From assembly GCA_963715985.1 (NCBI GenBank), contig CAVQSP010000014.1:608001-672000 (forward strand): DNA of 64,000 nt. Reading direction: 5' to 3'. Source of the stretch: an uncultured Thermoleophilia bacterium. Its GTDB lineage: Bacteria; Actinomycetota; Thermoleophilia; UBA2241. The translations under genes were made by a program, and so were the position numbers. The notes beneath the pieces are model-generated. The model saw only the letters and a program-made list of their open reading frames with translations. It was not told where the DNA came from and ran no database searches. This document shows, piece after piece, positions 51,484 to 63,186 of the stretch; position 1 is the first letter of the stretch; the number at the start of each line of letters is the position of its first letter.

Positions 51484-52475
51484 TGCGCGTCGTCACCGAC
51501 CTGGCGGACCTTGGGCCGCGCCCCAGGGCGGTGGCCATCGGCACGTTCGACGGCGTGCACGCGGGGCACCGCGAGGTCATCGGCCGCGCCGTGGAGCTGG
51601 GCAGGGAGCGCGGCCTCCTCACCACCGTCGTCACCTTCGACCGCCACCCGCTGGCGGTCGTCGACCCGGCGCACGTGCCGGCGCTGCTCACGCCGCTGGC
51701 CGAGAAGGTCCGGCTGATCGCCGAGCTCGGACCCGAGGAGCTCGTCCTGCTGCCGTTCGACGAGCGGCTTGCGGCGCTCACGGCGCCCGAGTTCTGCCGC
51801 ACGATCCTCGCCGACGCCCTGCACGCACGCCTGGTGGTCGTCGGCGAGAACTTCAACTTCGGCGCCGGCGGCACCGGTGACGCGGTGCAACTGCGCGCCT
51901 GCGGCGAGACTCACGGCTTCGAGACCATCGCCCTCGGTCTCGTCACCGAGCACGGCAAGACCATAAGCTCCACGCGCATCCGGCGCCTGCTGCATGCGGG
52001 CGAGCTCGAGGAGGTGCGCGAGATCCTCGGCCGCCCGCCCTCGGCCTCCGGCCGCGTGGTGCAGGGCGACCAGCGCGGCCGCACGCTCGGCGTGCCGACC
52101 GCCAACATCGACGTGGAGGCCGGCCACATCTTCCCGGGCCGCGGGGTCTACGCGGCGCGCGTGCACGTCGGCGGCGACTGGTATCGCGGCGCCGTCAACA
52201 TCGGCCACAACCCCACGTTCCGCAGCAAGGACGCCGAGACGACGCACGTCACGGTCGAGGCCTTCCTGCTCGACTTCAGCGGGGACATCTACGCCTGCGA
52301 CATCCGTGTGGACTTCCTGCACCGCATCCGCGAGGAGCGCCGCTTCGCCGCGGTCGAGGAGCTCGTCGCGCAGATGCAGGACGACATCGCCGCCACGGCG
52401 GCCCTCGCAGACCCCGCCTTCGCCGAGGTCGGCCTGGCTCCCAGCGGCGGGCGCCCGGGCGGCACCACGGCCTGA
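51483..52475 (+). CDS. ribF: Bifunctional riboflavin kinase/FAD synthetase
   Basis: [38 protein letters not shown]. Confidence 0.96.
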   Translation: MRVVTDLADLGPRPRAVAIGTFDGVHAGHREVIGRAVELGRERGLLTTVVTFDRHPLAVVDPAHVPALLTPLAEKVRLIAELGPEELVLLPFDERLAALTAPEFCRTILADALHARLVVVGENFNFGAGGTGDAVQLRACGETHGFETIALGLVTEHGKTISSTRIRRLLHAGELEEVREILGRPPSASGRVVQGDQRGRTLGVPTANIDVEAGHIFPGRGVYAARVHVGGDWYRGAVNIGHNPTFRSKDAETTHVTVEAFLLDFSGDIYACDIRVDFLHRIREERRFAAVEELVAQMQDDIAATAALADPAFAEVGLAPSGGRPGGTTA

Positions 52476-52542
52476 CGGCCCGCGCCGCCCGCGCCTGAAC
52501 GGCCGCCTCATCGGCGCCACGGTCGCGCCCCGCACCCCCCTG

Positions 52543-52629
52543 TGCTACCCTACCTCGACCGTCTTCTCGGTTGCGGGCCGCCTACCCGCTACTGGGTTCC
52601 CGGACACTCCTGTGAAGGAGGTGAACCAC
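52543..52629 (+). promoter_or_regulatory. rpsO promoter and structured leader (putative S15 autoregulatory RNA)
   Basis: TG-C-TACCCT extended -10. Stem 52566-52596 and hairpin CTCCT-GTGA-AGGAG, which sequesters the SD. Confidence 0.5.
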
Positions 52630-52899
52630 ATGGCAGTCACCAAGGAAGCAAAAGAGACCATCATCGCCAAGCACGCCAAGCACGATGGCGACACCGGCTC
52701 CCCCGAGGTCCAGATCGCCCTTCTCACGGCGCGCATCGAGACCCTCACCGAGCACCTCAAGACGCACAAGAAGGACCACCACAGCAGGCGCGGCCTGCTC
52801 AAGATGGTGGGCCAGCGCCGCCGCCTTCTCAATTACCTGCAGGCGCGCGACCTGGAGCGCTACCGCGCTCTGGTCAAGGAGCTCGAACTCCGCAAGTAG
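52630..52899 (+). CDS. rpsO: 30S ribosomal protein S15
   Basis: [24 protein letters not shown]. Confidence 0.98.
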   Translation: MAVTKEAKETIIAKHAKHDGDTGSPEVQIALLTARIETLTEHLKTHKKDHHSRRGLLKMVGQRRRLLNYLQARDLERYRALVKELELRK

Positions 52900-53008
52900 C
52901 ACCGATGCGGCGCCCGACGCGCCGTCACCGTCGTCCCCTGCTCCCTGCGGTGGGACGTACCAGAACCCGCGCGCAATGGGGCGCCGGGTCAGGAAGTCGA
53001 AGGAAGAG

Positions 53009-55105
53009 ATGAACACAGTAGAAGTCGAAGTCGGCGGAAAGACCATCACCATCGAGACGGGCCGCATGGCCAAGCAGGCCAACGGCGCCGTGCTGGTGCG
53101 CTGCGGCGACACCACGGTGCTGGTCACGGCAGTAGGTCGCACCGAAGGCCGCGAGGGGCAGGACTTCTTCCCCCTCACGGTCGACGTGGAAGAGCGGCAC
53201 TACGCCGCGGGCAAGATCCCCGGCGGCTTCATCAAGCGCGAGTCGCGGCCCAGCGAGAAGGCTACCCTGGCCGCCCGCCAGATCGACCGGCCCATCAGGC
53301 CGCTGTTCCCCAAGGGCTACATGAACGAAGTCCACGTGGTGGCCACCGTGCTGTCCGTGGACCTCGAGACCAGCTACGACACGCTCGCCACGCTGGGCGC
53401 GTCCGCCGCTCTCGGCCTCAGCGAGATCCCGTTCAACGGCCCGATCGGCTCCGTGCGTGTGGGCCGCATCGAGGACGAGTTCGTGATCAACCCCACGCTC
53501 GTCGAGCTCCAGGACGAGTCTGAGCTCGACCTCGTGGTCACCGGCACCAGAGACGCCATCGTCATGGTCGAGGCCGGCGCCAACCAGGTGTCCGAGGACG
53601 TCATCGTCGAGGCCCTGCGCCTGGCCCACGAGGAGATCCAGAAGCTCATCGACGTGCAGCTCGAGCTGGTGCGCCTGTGCGGCAAGGCCAAGTGGGAGGT
53701 CCCCGCGTGGACCGTCGACGAGGGCATCCTCGCCGAGGTGCGCGGCCAGTACGGTGCGGCCCTCGACGCCGCCACGCAGGTGGCGGACAAGAAGGCCCGC
53801 CAGGACGCCACGTCCGAGGTCAAGAAGGCCGCCGTCGAGGCGCTGCTCAACGAGGACTCGCCGGTCGAGCGCGTCACGCACGTCAAGCGCGCCCTCGCTC
53901 AGGTCGAGAAGGAGCTCGTGCGCAAGCGCATCGCCGTGGAGAAGCGCCGCCCCGACGGCCGCAAGACCGACGAGGTCCGGCCCATCACCTGCGAGGTCGG
54001 CGTGATCCCGCGCGTGCACGGCAGTGCCCTCTTCACGCGCGGCGAGACGCAGGCCCTCAGCCTGCTCACGCTCGGCGGGACCGGTGAGTTCCAGCGCATC
54101 GACGGCCTCGGCATCGAGGACAAGAAGCGCTACATCCACCACTACAACTTCCCGCCGTTCTCGGTGGGGGAGACGGGCTTCATGCGCGGCCCCAAGCGCC
54201 GCGACATCGGCCACGGCGCCCTCGCCGAGCGTGCCCTTCTTCCCGTCCTCCCGGACGAGGTCGCGTTCCCGTACACCACGCGCATCGTCTCCGAGATCCT
54301 CGAGAGCAACGGGTCCTCGTCGATGGCCAGCGTGTGCGGCTCCACCTTGTCTCTGATGGACGCCGGCGTGCAGATCACCGCTCCGGTGGCGGGCACCGCC
54401 ATGGGTCTCATCAAGGAGGGCGACGCCTACACCGTGCTCACCGACATCGCCGGCGTAGAGGACCACCTCGGCGACATGGACTTCAAGGTGGCCGGCACCG
54501 CTGAGGGCATCACCGCCCTGCAGATGGACATCAAGATCAGCGGCGTGACGTTCGAGATCCTCACCGAGGCGCTCGAGCAGGCCCGCAAGGCGCGCCTGCA
54601 CATCCTCGGCAAGATGCTGGAGACCATCCCCGAGCCGCGCAGCGAGCTCTCGGAGTGGGCGCCGCGCATCTTCAGCATCCAGATCAACCCCGACCAGATC
54701 GGCCTCATCATCGGCAAGGGCGGCGAGACCATCCGCGGCATGACCGACGAGTTCGGGGCCGACATCGACATCCAGGAGGACGGCACGATCTTCATCTGCG
54801 CCCCCGACCAGGAGGCCGCGGAGGGCGTCATCAACCGCATCCAGTCGATGACCAAGGAGATCGAGGTCGGCGACGTGTTCACAGGCCGCGTGGTCAAGAC
54901 CACCGACTTCGGCGCCTTCGTGGAGCTCAAGAAGGGTACCGACGGCCTGCTGCACATCTCGCGTCTCGGCCAGAAGGGCGAGCGCGTCAAGTCGGTCGAG
55001 GACGTCGTCAAGCGCGGCGACACGGTGACCGTCGAGGTCGTCGAGATCGACAAGGCACGCAACCGCATCGGGCTCTCGCTGCTCAAGCGGCCCGACGCCG
55101 AGTAA
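53009..55105 (+). CDS. pnp: Polyribonucleotide nucleotidyltransferase (PNPase)
   Basis: [38 protein letters not shown] and S1 domains. Confidence 0.98.
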   Translation: MNTVEVEVGGKTITIETGRMAKQANGAVLVRCGDTTVLVTAVGRTEGREGQDFFPLTVDVEERHYAAGKIPGGFIKRESRPSEKATLAARQIDRPIRPLFPKGYMNEVHVVATVLSVDLETSYDTLATLGASAALGLSEIPFNGPIGSVRVGRIEDEFVINPTLVELQDESELDLVVTGTRDAIVMVEAGANQVSEDVIVEALRLAHEEIQKLIDVQLELVRLCGKAKWEVPAWTVDEGILAEVRGQYGAALDAATQVADKKARQDATSEVKKAAVEALLNEDSPVERVTHVKRALAQVEKELVRKRIAVEKRRPDGRKTDEVRPITCEVGVIPRVHGSALFTRGETQALSLLTLGGTGEFQRIDGLGIEDKKRYIHHYNFPPFSVGETGFMRGPKRRDIGHGALAERALLPVLPDEVAFPYTTRIVSEILESNGSSSMASVCGSTLSLMDAGVQITAPVAGTAMGLIKEGDAYTVLTDIAGVEDHLGDMDFKVAGTAEGITALQMDIKISGVTFEILTEALEQARKARLHILGKMLETIPEPRSELSEWAPRIFSIQINPDQIGLIIGKGGETIRGMTDEFGADIDIQEDGTIFICAPDQEAAEGVINRIQSMTKEIEVGDVFTGRVVKTTDFGAFVELKKGTDGLLHISRLGQKGERVKSVEDVVKRGDTVTVEVVEIDKARNRIGLSLLKRPDAE

Positions 55106-55123
55106 GAAGACCGGGAGCGGGAG

Positions 55124-56398
55124 ACGGCCACGGCGGCCTACCGCCTCTCAACGCTGGACAACGGCCTGCGAGTGGTCACCGAGCGCACGCACAACGTGCG
55201 CTCGGTGGCGCTCGGGCTGTGGATCGCCGTCGGCTCGCGCCAGGAGCCGCTCGAGCTCGGCGGCGTCTCGCACTTCATCGAGCACCTCATCTTCAAGGGC
55301 TCGGAGCAGTACTCCGCTCTGGACATCGCCCGCATCTTCGACGACATGGGCGGCGAGCCCAACGCGTCCACGTCCAAGGAGCACACGCTGGTCAACGCGC
55401 GGTTCCTCGACGAGGACCTCGACAAAGCGTTCGAGGTCATCGCCGAGATGGTCGCCAGGCCCAGCTTCGTCGACCTGGATCAGGAGCGCGAGGTCGTCCT
55501 CGAAGAAGTGGCCATGTACGAGGACTCCCCGCCGGAGCTCATCCACGACGACCTCAGCGAGGTCGTGTTCGTGGACCATCCGCTGGGGCGCCCCATCATC
55601 GGGCACGTCGACACGCTCGAGCGCATCGACGTGCCCACCGTGCGCTCGTACCACGACGCCCATTACGTGAACCCGGGCATCGTGGTCTCGGCCGCCGGCA
55701 ACATCGACCACGACCAGCTCTGCGGGCTGGCCGCCAGGCACTTCCGCCCGGAGCCCGGCGCGGTGGTGCTTCAGGCGGAGCTCAGCGCGCCCGGCTTCCG
55801 CCACGTGGCGCGCTTCCGCGAGAAGGACACCGAGCAGTACCACGTCTGCCTGGGCGGACCGGGGCCGCGCCGCACCGACCCGGACCGCTACGCCGTGTTC
55901 GTGGTCGACACCATCCTCGGCAGCTCCTGGAGCTCGCGCCTCTTCCAGGAGGTGCGTGAGCAGCGCGGCCTCGCCTACTCCGTGTACTCCTACGTCTCGC
56001 TGTACGCCGACGCCGGCCTCACGGCCATCTACTGTGGCTCGCGCGAGGAGGCCATAGGGGAGGCCATGGAGGTCATCCTCGAGGTCCTCGACGATCTCGG
56101 CAAGGACGTCGCCGAGGAGACCATCCAGCGTGCCAAGAACCACCTCAAGGGCCAGCACGTGCTCAGCATGGAGAGCCCCGGGGCGCGCATGCAGTCACAG
56201 GGCAGGGCCGTGCTCACAGGGCAGCCTGTGCTCACCGTCGACGAGGTGCTGGCCCGCATCGACGCCGTCACACACGACGACGTCATGACGGCGGTGCGCC
56301 GCTACTACGACCCGCAGAAGTGGTCCACGGTCTGCATCGGGCCGCGGCCGGAGCCGTTCCGGGCCGTCACCGAGGGCTTTCTCTGGGAGGAACGATAA
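55124..56398 (+). CDS. M16 (pitrilysin) family zinc peptidase; start uncertain
   Basis: TLDNGLRVVTE, HFIEH (HxxEH), SSRLFQEVREQRGLAYSV. First canonical start (GTG 55172) falls inside the conserved N-terminus. Confidence 0.92.
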   Translation, partial: TATAAYRLSTLDNGLRVVTERTHNVRSVALGLWIAVGSRQEPLELGGVSHFIEHLIFKGSEQYSALDIARIFDDMGGEPNASTSKEHTLVNARFLDEDLDKAFEVIAEMVARPSFVDLDQEREVVLEEVAMYEDSPPELIHDDLSEVVFVDHPLGRPIIGHVDTLERIDVPTVRSYHDAHYVNPGIVVSAAGNIDHDQLCGLAARHFRPEPGAVVLQAELSAPGFRHVARFREKDTEQYHVCLGGPGPRRTDPDRYAVFVVDTILGSSWSSRLFQEVREQRGLAYSVYSYVSLYADAGLTAIYCGSREEAIGEAMEVILEVLDDLGKDVAEETIQRAKNHLKGQHVLSMESPGARMQSQGRAVLTGQPVLTVDEVLARIDAVTHDDVMTAVRRYYDPQKWSTVCIGPRPEPFRAVTEGFLWEER

Positions 56399-56450
56399 GC
56401 GATATGTACCTCCGGTGTCCCGCTTGTGTACGCCGGAAGAGAGGGGCGTC

Positions 56451-57206
56451 ATGACAGGCATCCTCATCACCGGCGCCGCCGGCAAGATGGGCGGCCTCAG
56501 CGCCGAGACCGTGGCCGCCCAGGACGACCTCGAGGTCGTCGCCCTCGTCGACCCCAAGGGCGGGGCCAAGGCGGGCGACGCCCCGTGCTTCGCCGCAGTG
56601 GAGCAGGCACTGGCGCGCACGTCGCCGCAGGCCGCCCTCGAGTTCAGCGTGCCGGGCGCCGTGTTCGACAACACGAAGCTGCTCCTCGACGCCGGGGTGC
56701 CCACGGTGGTGGGCGCGACCGGTCTCACGGATCCCCAGGTGGAGGAGCTGTCCGGTGCCGCGGAGGCGTCCGGCGCCGGCCTCGTCATCGTGCCCAACTT
56801 CGCGCTCGGCGCGGTGCTGCTCATGCGCTTCGCCGCGGAGGCGGCGCGGCACTACGGGCACGCCGAGATCATCGAGCTGCACGAGGCCGGCAAGCTCGAC
56901 GCGCCGTCCGGCACGAGCCTTCGCACCGCGCGCCTCATGGCCGAGGCGCCGGGGTCGGCTCTGCGGGACGCGCCCGGAGAGCAGCCCTCACGCGGGCTCG
57001 CCGCAGACCACGTGCGCATCCACAGCGTCAGGCTGCCGGGCGTCGTCGCCCACCAGGAGGTGCTCTTCGGCGGAGAGGACGAGCTGCTCACCATCCGCCA
57101 CGACTCGCTCTCGCGCCGCTCCTTCATGAGCGGTGTGCTCCTGGCCTTGCGCCGCGTCGGCGAGATCAAGGGGACTGTCGTGGGGCTCGAGAACCTCTTA
57201 GACTAG
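56451..57206 (+). CDS. dapB: 4-hydroxy-tetrahydrodipicolinate reductase
   Basis: GAAGKMG, PNFALGA, EIIELH...KLDAPSGT, HSVRLPG. Confidence 0.95.
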   Translation: MTGILITGAAGKMGGLSAETVAAQDDLEVVALVDPKGGAKAGDAPCFAAVEQALARTSPQAALEFSVPGAVFDNTKLLLDAGVPTVVGATGLTDPQVEELSGAAEASGAGLVIVPNFALGAVLLMRFAAEAARHYGHAEIIELHEAGKLDAPSGTSLRTARLMAEAPGSALRDAPGEQPSRGLAADHVRIHSVRLPGVVAHQEVLFGGEDELLTIRHDSLSRRSFMSGVLLALRRVGEIKGTVVGLENLLD

Positions 57207-57239
57207 CTTCAGGTACGTCACGCGCCGAGGAGACACACC

Positions 57240-58121
57240 GTGAGAGACAGCCTGGGGACGATCCTGACCGCGATGGTCACACCGTTCGACGAGCAGCTTG
57301 GCGTCGACTACGAGCGCCTCGCGGCGCTCGCCGCCTACCTGCTCGATCACGGCTCCGATGGGCTTGTCGTCGCCGGCACCACCGGCGAGTCCCCCACCCT
57401 CACCGACGCCGAGAAGACGGCCATGTTCCGCGCCGTCGTGGAGGCCGTCGGAGACCGCGCTCCGGTCGTGGCCGGCACCGGGTCCAACGACACGGCCCAC
57501 AGTGTGGAGCTCACGCGTAAGGCGGAGGCGTGCGGCGTGGACGCCGTGCTCGTCGTCACGCCCTACTACAACAAGCCGCCGGACCGGGGCATCCTCGCGC
57601 ACTTCCGTGCGGTCGCAGCCGCCACCAGCCTCCCCGTCATCGTGTACAACATCCCCGGGCGCTGCGTCGTGAACATCTCGCCTGAGCTGTTCGCCGAGCT
57701 GGCGACCGTGGAGAACATCGTCGCCGTCAAGCAGGCCAACCCGGACCTCGACGAGACCCGGCGCCTGCGCGAGCGGTGCGACCTCGCGGTCTACGCCGGC
57801 AACGACGACATGCTGCTCGACGTGCTCACCATGGGAGGAGCCGGGGGCATCTGCGTGGCCAGCCACGTCGTGGGTCCGCAGTTGGCCGAGATGGCGCGCC
57901 TGGTGCGGGCCGGGGACCTCGCCGCCGCGACCGCCCTCGACGAGTCGCTCCGCGACCTCTACAAGACGCTCTTCATCACCAGCAACCCCATCCCGGTGAA
58001 GGCGGCGCTCAACCTCTTGGGGCAGGAGGTCGGCGGGCTCCGCCTGCCGCTTCTGCCTGCCACCCCCGAGGAGACGGCCGCAGTAGCCGCCGAGCTCCGC
58101 CGCCTGGAGCTGCTCCAATGA
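57240..58121 (+). CDS. dapA: 4-hydroxy-tetrahydrodipicolinate synthase
   Basis: GTTGESPTL, PYYNKP, YNIPGR, NPIPVK. Confidence 0.96.
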   Translation: MRDSLGTILTAMVTPFDEQLGVDYERLAALAAYLLDHGSDGLVVAGTTGESPTLTDAEKTAMFRAVVEAVGDRAPVVAGTGSNDTAHSVELTRKAEACGVDAVLVVTPYYNKPPDRGILAHFRAVAAATSLPVIVYNIPGRCVVNISPELFAELATVENIVAVKQANPDLDETRRLRERCDLAVYAGNDDMLLDVLTMGGAGGICVASHVVGPQLAEMARLVRAGDLAAATALDESLRDLYKTLFITSNPIPVKAALNLLGQEVGGLRLPLLPATPEETAAVAAELRRLELLQ

Positions 58122-59779
58122 GTGACACGGTACGCATCATCCCGCTCGGCGGGCTCGGTGAGATCGGCAAGAACATGACGGCCGTCGAACATCGCGGCCG
58201 CATCGTGGTCGTCGACTGCGGCGTGGAGTTCCCGCGCGACGAGATGCTCGGCATCGACCTCGTGCTTCCCGACATCACCTGGCTGCTCGAGCGCCGCCGC
58301 GACGTGCTCGGCTTCGTCATCACGCACGGCCACGAGGATCACATCGGGGCACTCCCCTTCGTCCTCCGGCAGCTCAACCTGCCGGTGTACGCGAGCCGCT
58401 TCACGCTCGCGCTCATCAAGTCCAAGCTGGACGAGCACGGTCTCCTGCGCGTGGCCGACGTCAACGAGGTGAGCGAGACGTCGCGCTTCGACCTGGGCCC
58501 GTTCCAGGTCTCCTTCGTGGCCGCCAGCCACAGCGTGCCGGACGCGCTCTCCGTGGTGCTGGGCACGAGCCTGGGGCCCGTCGTGGTCACCGGCGACTAC
58601 AAGTTCGACCACACGCCCATCGACGGGCGCATCACCGACGTCAACACGTTCGCCAAGCTGGGGCAGGAGGGAGTGCTCGCGCTGCTCGCGGACTCCACCA
58701 ACGCCGAGACCGTCGGGTCCACGCCGTCCGAGGCCATCGTCGGCCAGGCCTTCCATCAGATCTTCGCCGAGGCGGAGGGCCGTGTCATCGTCGCCTGCTT
58801 CGCCTCGCACATCCACCGCGTGCAGCAGGCCATCCAGATCGCGCACCTTCACGGCCGCAAGTTCGCGGTGTCGGGCCGTTCGATGCAGAAGAACGTCAAC
58901 ATCGCGCGCAACCTCGGGCTCCTCAACGTCCCCGAGGGCGCCATGATCAAGCTCACGGAGATCGACGACTACCGGCCCGAGGAGGTCCTCGTGCTGGCCA
59001 CGGGCAGCCAGGGGGAGCCCCTCTCGGCGCTCACGCGCATGGCCTTCGACGACCACCCGCAGGTGGGCCTCCACGAGGGTGACACGGTCGTCATCTCGGC
59101 CACCCCCATCCCGGGCAACGAGGTCAGCGTGATGACCACGGTGAATCGCCTGCTCAAGGTCGGGGCCACGGTCATCTACGGGCGCGAGAGCGGCGTGCAC
59201 GTGTCGGGGCACGCCGCCCAGGAAGACATGCGCATGATGCTCAACCTCCTGCGCCCGCAGTACTTCGTGCCGGTGCACGGCGAGTACCGGCACCAGCACA
59301 TCCACGCCGAGCTGGCGCGGCAGTCCGGCATCGGCGACGAGTGCATCTTCATCCTCGAGAACGGCGACGTCCTCGAGATCGACGAGGACAATGCGGACAT
59401 CGTGGACAAAGTGCCCACCGGCATGGTCTTCGTGGACGGCTACGAGATCGGGGACGCCGGCGGCCTCGTGCTGCGCGACCGCCAGCAGCTCGCCGGCGAC
59501 GGCATCCTCATCGCCGTGGTCACCATCGACGGCCAGACGGGGGACACGGTGGCGCCGCCCGAGCTCGTCGCCCGCGGCTTCCTCCACGACGACGAGCGCC
59601 TCAAGGACGTGCTCGAGGAGTGCAGCACAGCGCTCGACGAGCTCATGGACGGGCTCGGCAAGGTCCACGTGACCGGCCAGCGTCTCATCAAGGAAGACAT
59701 CAAGGAGAAGCTGGCCGAGCTCGTCTACTCGAGCACGCGCCGGCGCCCTCTCATCCTGCCCGTCGTGGTCGAGGTCTGA
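58118..59779 (+). CDS. rnj: Ribonuclease J
   Basis: GGLGEIGKN, HGHEDH, TGSQGEP, HVSGH, PVHGEYRH. Confidence 0.97.
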   Translation: MSDTVRIIPLGGLGEIGKNMTAVEHRGRIVVVDCGVEFPRDEMLGIDLVLPDITWLLERRRDVLGFVITHGHEDHIGALPFVLRQLNLPVYASRFTLALIKSKLDEHGLLRVADVNEVSETSRFDLGPFQVSFVAASHSVPDALSVVLGTSLGPVVVTGDYKFDHTPIDGRITDVNTFAKLGQEGVLALLADSTNAETVGSTPSEAIVGQAFHQIFAEAEGRVIVACFASHIHRVQQAIQIAHLHGRKFAVSGRSMQKNVNIARNLGLLNVPEGAMIKLTEIDDYRPEEVLVLATGSQGEPLSALTRMAFDDHPQVGLHEGDTVVISATPIPGNEVSVMTTVNRLLKVGATVIYGRESGVHVSGHAAQEDMRMMLNLLRPQYFVPVHGEYRHQHIHAELARQSGIGDECIFILENGDVLEIDEDNADIVDKVPTGMVFVDGYEIGDAGGLVLRDRQQLAGDGILIAVVTIDGQTGDTVAPPELVARGFLHDDERLKDVLEECSTALDELMDGLGKVHVTGQRLIKEDIKEKLAELVYSSTRRRPLILPVVVEV

Positions 59780-59824
59780 CCGGACCCACCTAGGGATTCT
59801 CGCGCGCGCGTGGAATAAGCCTCC

Positions 59825-62305
59825 ATGGCGACTGCACGCCCTAAGCCGGCCAGGAGGCGCGCGGGCGCCGCGACCCGCTCGCGGGCGCGCGCCGCCCGTC
59901 CGGCACCACGTCCCAAACCCACGTCGTCAGGTCACGGCCGCGAGCTCGCGGCCATCGCCTGCGTGGCGGTCGCCGTCTTCCTCGCCCTCGTGATCTACCT
60001 CGGCTTCGACGGCGGGGCGCTCGGCCGCTGGGTGGGCGGGTTTGCGCGCTGGCTGGTCGGCCTGCTCGTGTTCGCGCTGCCTCTGCTGCTCTGTTTCGCC
60101 GCCTACGTCCTCCTGGCGCGCGGGGAGCAGCGCCCGCGGCGCGGCCTCACCTGGGGCCTCGGACTGGTGGTGGCCGCGTTCCTGCTCGCCGCCGCGGCCG
60201 ACGCCTTCGGCATCTTCTCCGGCGAACGCCCGGAGAAGCTGTTCCGCGACACCTACATGACCGCGCACGGCGGCCTCTCCGGCGAAGCGCTGTGGGCGCT
60301 CACACACCGCGTCATCGGCCGCGTCGGCGTCGACGTCCTCGTGCTGGCCCTGCTCGTCGCCGGCGTACTCCTCATCACCGGGTCCTCGCTGCGCCAGTGG
60401 GCGGGCGGGTCGCGCCGCGGCGTCGCCGCGGCCGGTCGGGCCGCGCGCAGCCAGGCGGAGTCGCTCGGGGCGCGGCGCCGCGACGCCGCCGCCACGCGCA
60501 TCGTCGAGCCGGGTGAGGACCTCACCATGAACGGCTCCGAGCAGGTCCGCACGGCGGTCACGCCCATGACGGGGTATGGCCCGTCCGTAAGCACGCACAC
60601 GCCCCATCTCATCGACGGCGTGCTCACGGCGCCGGAGATCTTCGGCGAGCCGGGCTCGGCGTTTCCGGCCGCCTCCCGCTCCGCCGAACCGGTCGCCGAG
60701 CCCGACCTCGGCCCTCACGACACGGCCGACCCGGGCGAGCAGCTCACGCTCGGCGACGCCGGTGCTGCCGAGCCGGAGGCGCGCGACGCCGCCATCGCCT
60801 TCCACGAGGCCGAGAAGCGCCGCTGGGTGCTGCCCGACCCGTCCCTGCTGCAGCGCCTCGGCCAGACCACCGGCGAGTCACCCGAGGCCATCGGGCAGGT
60901 CTCCCAGCGCCTCGTCGAGACGCTCGGTCACTTCGGCGTCACCGCGCACGTGATCGGCACGGTCTCCGGGCCGCGCGTGACCCGCTACGAGCTGCAGCTC
61001 GCGCCCGGCATCAAGGTCAGCCGCGTCTCGTCGCTCAAGGACGATCTGGCCTACGCGCTCGCGGCCACGGACATCCGCGTACAGGCGCCGATCCCCGGCA
61101 AGCAGGCCGTGGGCGTGGAGGTGCCCAACCTCGAGGCCAACTACGTGTCCCTCGGCGACATCCACGGCCTCTTCCCGCCGCACGCCTCGCCGATGGCGTT
61201 CTGGCTGGGCAAGGACGTCTCCGGCAAGGCCGTGCTCGCCGACCTCGTGCCCATGGTGCACCTGCTGGTCGCGGGCACCACCGGCTCGGGCAAGAGCGGA
61301 TGTCTGAACGCGCTCATCAGCTCCATCCTGCTGCGCGCCACGCCGGAACAGGTCCGCATGATCATGATCGACCCCAAGAAGGTGGAGCTGAGCGCCTTCG
61401 AGGGGGTTCCGCACCTGCTCGCCCCGGTGATCACCAATCCCAAGCAGGCCACGTATGCGCTGGACAACCTCTGTCGCGAGATGGACCGGCGCTACGAGGT
61501 GCTGTCGCGCAACGGCTGCCAGCACATCCGCGCCCTCAACAAGAAGCTGGAGCGTGCCGGCGAGGACATCATGCCGTACGTCATGGTCATCGTGGACGAG
61601 CTGGCCGACCTCATGATGGCCGCGCCCTCCGAGGTGGAGGACTCCATCATCCGCCTCGGCCAGCTCGGCCGCAGCTGCGGCATCCACCTCGTGGTCGCCA
61701 CGCAGCGGCCCTCCGTGGACGTCGTCACCGGCATGATCAAGACCAACATCCCGTCGCGCATCGCGTTCGCGGTCGCCTCACAGACCGATTCGCGCATCAT
61801 CCTCGACCAGGGCGGAGCCGAAAGCCTCCTCGGCATGGGCGACATGCTCTTCAGCCCGCTCGGCCACAACCGCGTGCTGCGCGTGCAGGGCGCCCTCATC
61901 ACCGCCCACGAGATGAAGCTGCTCACCGAGCACTGGCGGCGGCAGGCCAAGCCCGAGTTCCGCGAGGACCTGCTCGAGAACCCGGCCGGGCCGGACGCCG
62001 AGCAGCAGGCGCAGGCCTCCGGCGGCGACGAGCTCCTCGGCGAGGCTATCAAGACCGTCGTCATGACCGGCGCCGCCTCGGTGGCCCTGCTGCAGCGGCG
62101 CCTGCGCGTCGGGTATGCGCGCGCCGGCCGTCTCATCGACATCATGGAGGAGATGGGCATCATCTCCGGCTACGACGGGAGCAAGGCGCGCGCGGTCCTC
62201 ATCGACGAGGGCGGGCTGCAGGCGGCACTTGCGCGCGTGCGCGGCGACGATGAGGTGCTCGTCGCCGCGACCGAACCCACCGAGGAGCCGCCCGCGGAGG
62301 CCTGA
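59825..62305 (+). CDS. ftsK: DNA translocase FtsK/SpoIIIE
   Basis: N-terminal TM segments, GPRVTRYE, AGTTGSGKS, DELADLM, ATQRPSVDV, gamma domain LQRRLRVGYARAGR. Confidence 0.97.
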   Translation: MATARPKPARRRAGAATRSRARAARPAPRPKPTSSGHGRELAAIACVAVAVFLALVIYLGFDGGALGRWVGGFARWLVGLLVFALPLLLCFAAYVLLARGEQRPRRGLTWGLGLVVAAFLLAAAADAFGIFSGERPEKLFRDTYMTAHGGLSGEALWALTHRVIGRVGVDVLVLALLVAGVLLITGSSLRQWAGGSRRGVAAAGRAARSQAESLGARRRDAAATRIVEPGEDLTMNGSEQVRTAVTPMTGYGPSVSTHTPHLIDGVLTAPEIFGEPGSAFPAASRSAEPVAEPDLGPHDTADPGEQLTLGDAGAAEPEARDAAIAFHEAEKRRWVLPDPSLLQRLGQTTGESPEAIGQVSQRLVETLGHFGVTAHVIGTVSGPRVTRYELQLAPGIKVSRVSSLKDDLAYALAATDIRVQAPIPGKQAVGVEVPNLEANYVSLGDIHGLFPPHASPMAFWLGKDVSGKAVLADLVPMVHLLVAGTTGSGKSGCLNALISSILLRATPEQVRMIMIDPKKVELSAFEGVPHLLAPVITNPKQATYALDNLCREMDRRYEVLSRNGCQHIRALNKKLERAGEDIMPYVMVIVDELADLMMAAPSEVEDSIIRLGQLGRSCGIHLVVATQRPSVDVVTGMIKTNIPSRIAFAVASQTDSRIILDQGGAESLLGMGDMLFSPLGHNRVLRVQGALITAHEMKLLTEHWRRQAKPEFREDLLENPAGPDAEQQAQASGGDELLGEAIKTVVMTGAASVALLQRRLRVGYARAGRLIDIMEEMGIISGYDGSKARAVLIDEGGLQAALARVRGDDEVLVAATEPTEEPPAEA

Positions 62306-62335
62306 GCCGGGCCGCCCTGCGGGCGCCGGGCGGGT

Positions 62336-62364
62336 TTGTCTATCCCCGATGCCCTGACTAGACT
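62336..62364 (+). promoter_or_regulatory. Putative promoter for rodZ-yajQ-rimO
   Basis: TTGTCT-17-TAGACT. Confidence 0.5.
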
Positions 62365-62418
62365 GTACGTTCGGGCGTCGCCCCGCTCGCCCGCACCACC
62401 GAGGAGAAGGCCACCCAC

Positions 62419-63186
62419 GTGTTCGAGATCGGCAGCACCCTGCGCGAAGCCCGTGTCCGCCGCAGCCTCACCCTGCAGCAGGTCGAGGAGGACACGAAGA
62501 TCCGCGTCAAGTACGTGCAGGCGATGGAGAACGAGGACTTCGACATCATGCCTGGGCCCACGTACGTCAAGGGCTTCCTGCGCACGTACTCGGAGTATCT
62601 GGGCCTCGACCCGGAGGTCATCATCGGAGAGTACCGCTCCCGCGAAGGGCGCACGAGCAGCCGCGTCCACGAGGAGCCGTTCGGCGGCGTGTCCACGCTG
62701 GGCCGGCCGCGCAGCCACCGGGGCCGCAACACCATCGTCTTCATCGCCGTCATCTGCCTGCTGGTACTGGGCGTGATCTGGATCCTCGGCAGGAACGGGC
62801 CGGACGAGACGCCGTCCACCGAGCCGGGCGCGCTGGGCCTCACGAGTCCGTCTCCTTCGGCGACACCTACTCCCACACCGACGCCGAGTGCCACGGCGGC
62901 GGACGTGCGCGACATCGTCAAGATCACCGCCAAGGACGGTGACTGCTGGATGGACGTCCGCCGGGACGGCCCCAGCGGGCTGGCGCTCTTCACGGGCACC
63001 GTCAAGCAGGGCGACCGCAAGAAGTTCAAGGGCAAGCACCTGTGGATGAGCCTCGGCAACCCCGTGGCTGTCCAGCTCATCGCCGGCGGCAAGAAGGTCA
63101 AGCTCAAGAGCGACGTCGGGCCGTGGCCGGTGGAGGTCATCAAGGGACGCGTGCTTCAGGGCACACAGACGCAGGGGGCACCATGA
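62419..63186 (+). CDS. RodZ-like HTH membrane protein (HTH_25 plus DUF4115)
   Basis: IGSTLREAR...TKIR...[16 protein letters not shown], one TM segment, C-terminal CWMDV...LGNP. Confidence 0.88.
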   Translation: MFEIGSTLREARVRRSLTLQQVEEDTKIRVKYVQAMENEDFDIMPGPTYVKGFLRTYSEYLGLDPEVIIGEYRSREGRTSSRVHEEPFGGVSTLGRPRSHRGRNTIVFIAVICLLVLGVIWILGRNGPDETPSTEPGALGLTSPSPSATPTPTPTPSATAADVRDIVKITAKDGDCWMDVRRDGPSGLALFTGTVKQGDRKKFKGKHLWMSLGNPVAVQLIAGGKKVKLKSDVGPWPVEVIKGRVLQGTQTQGAP

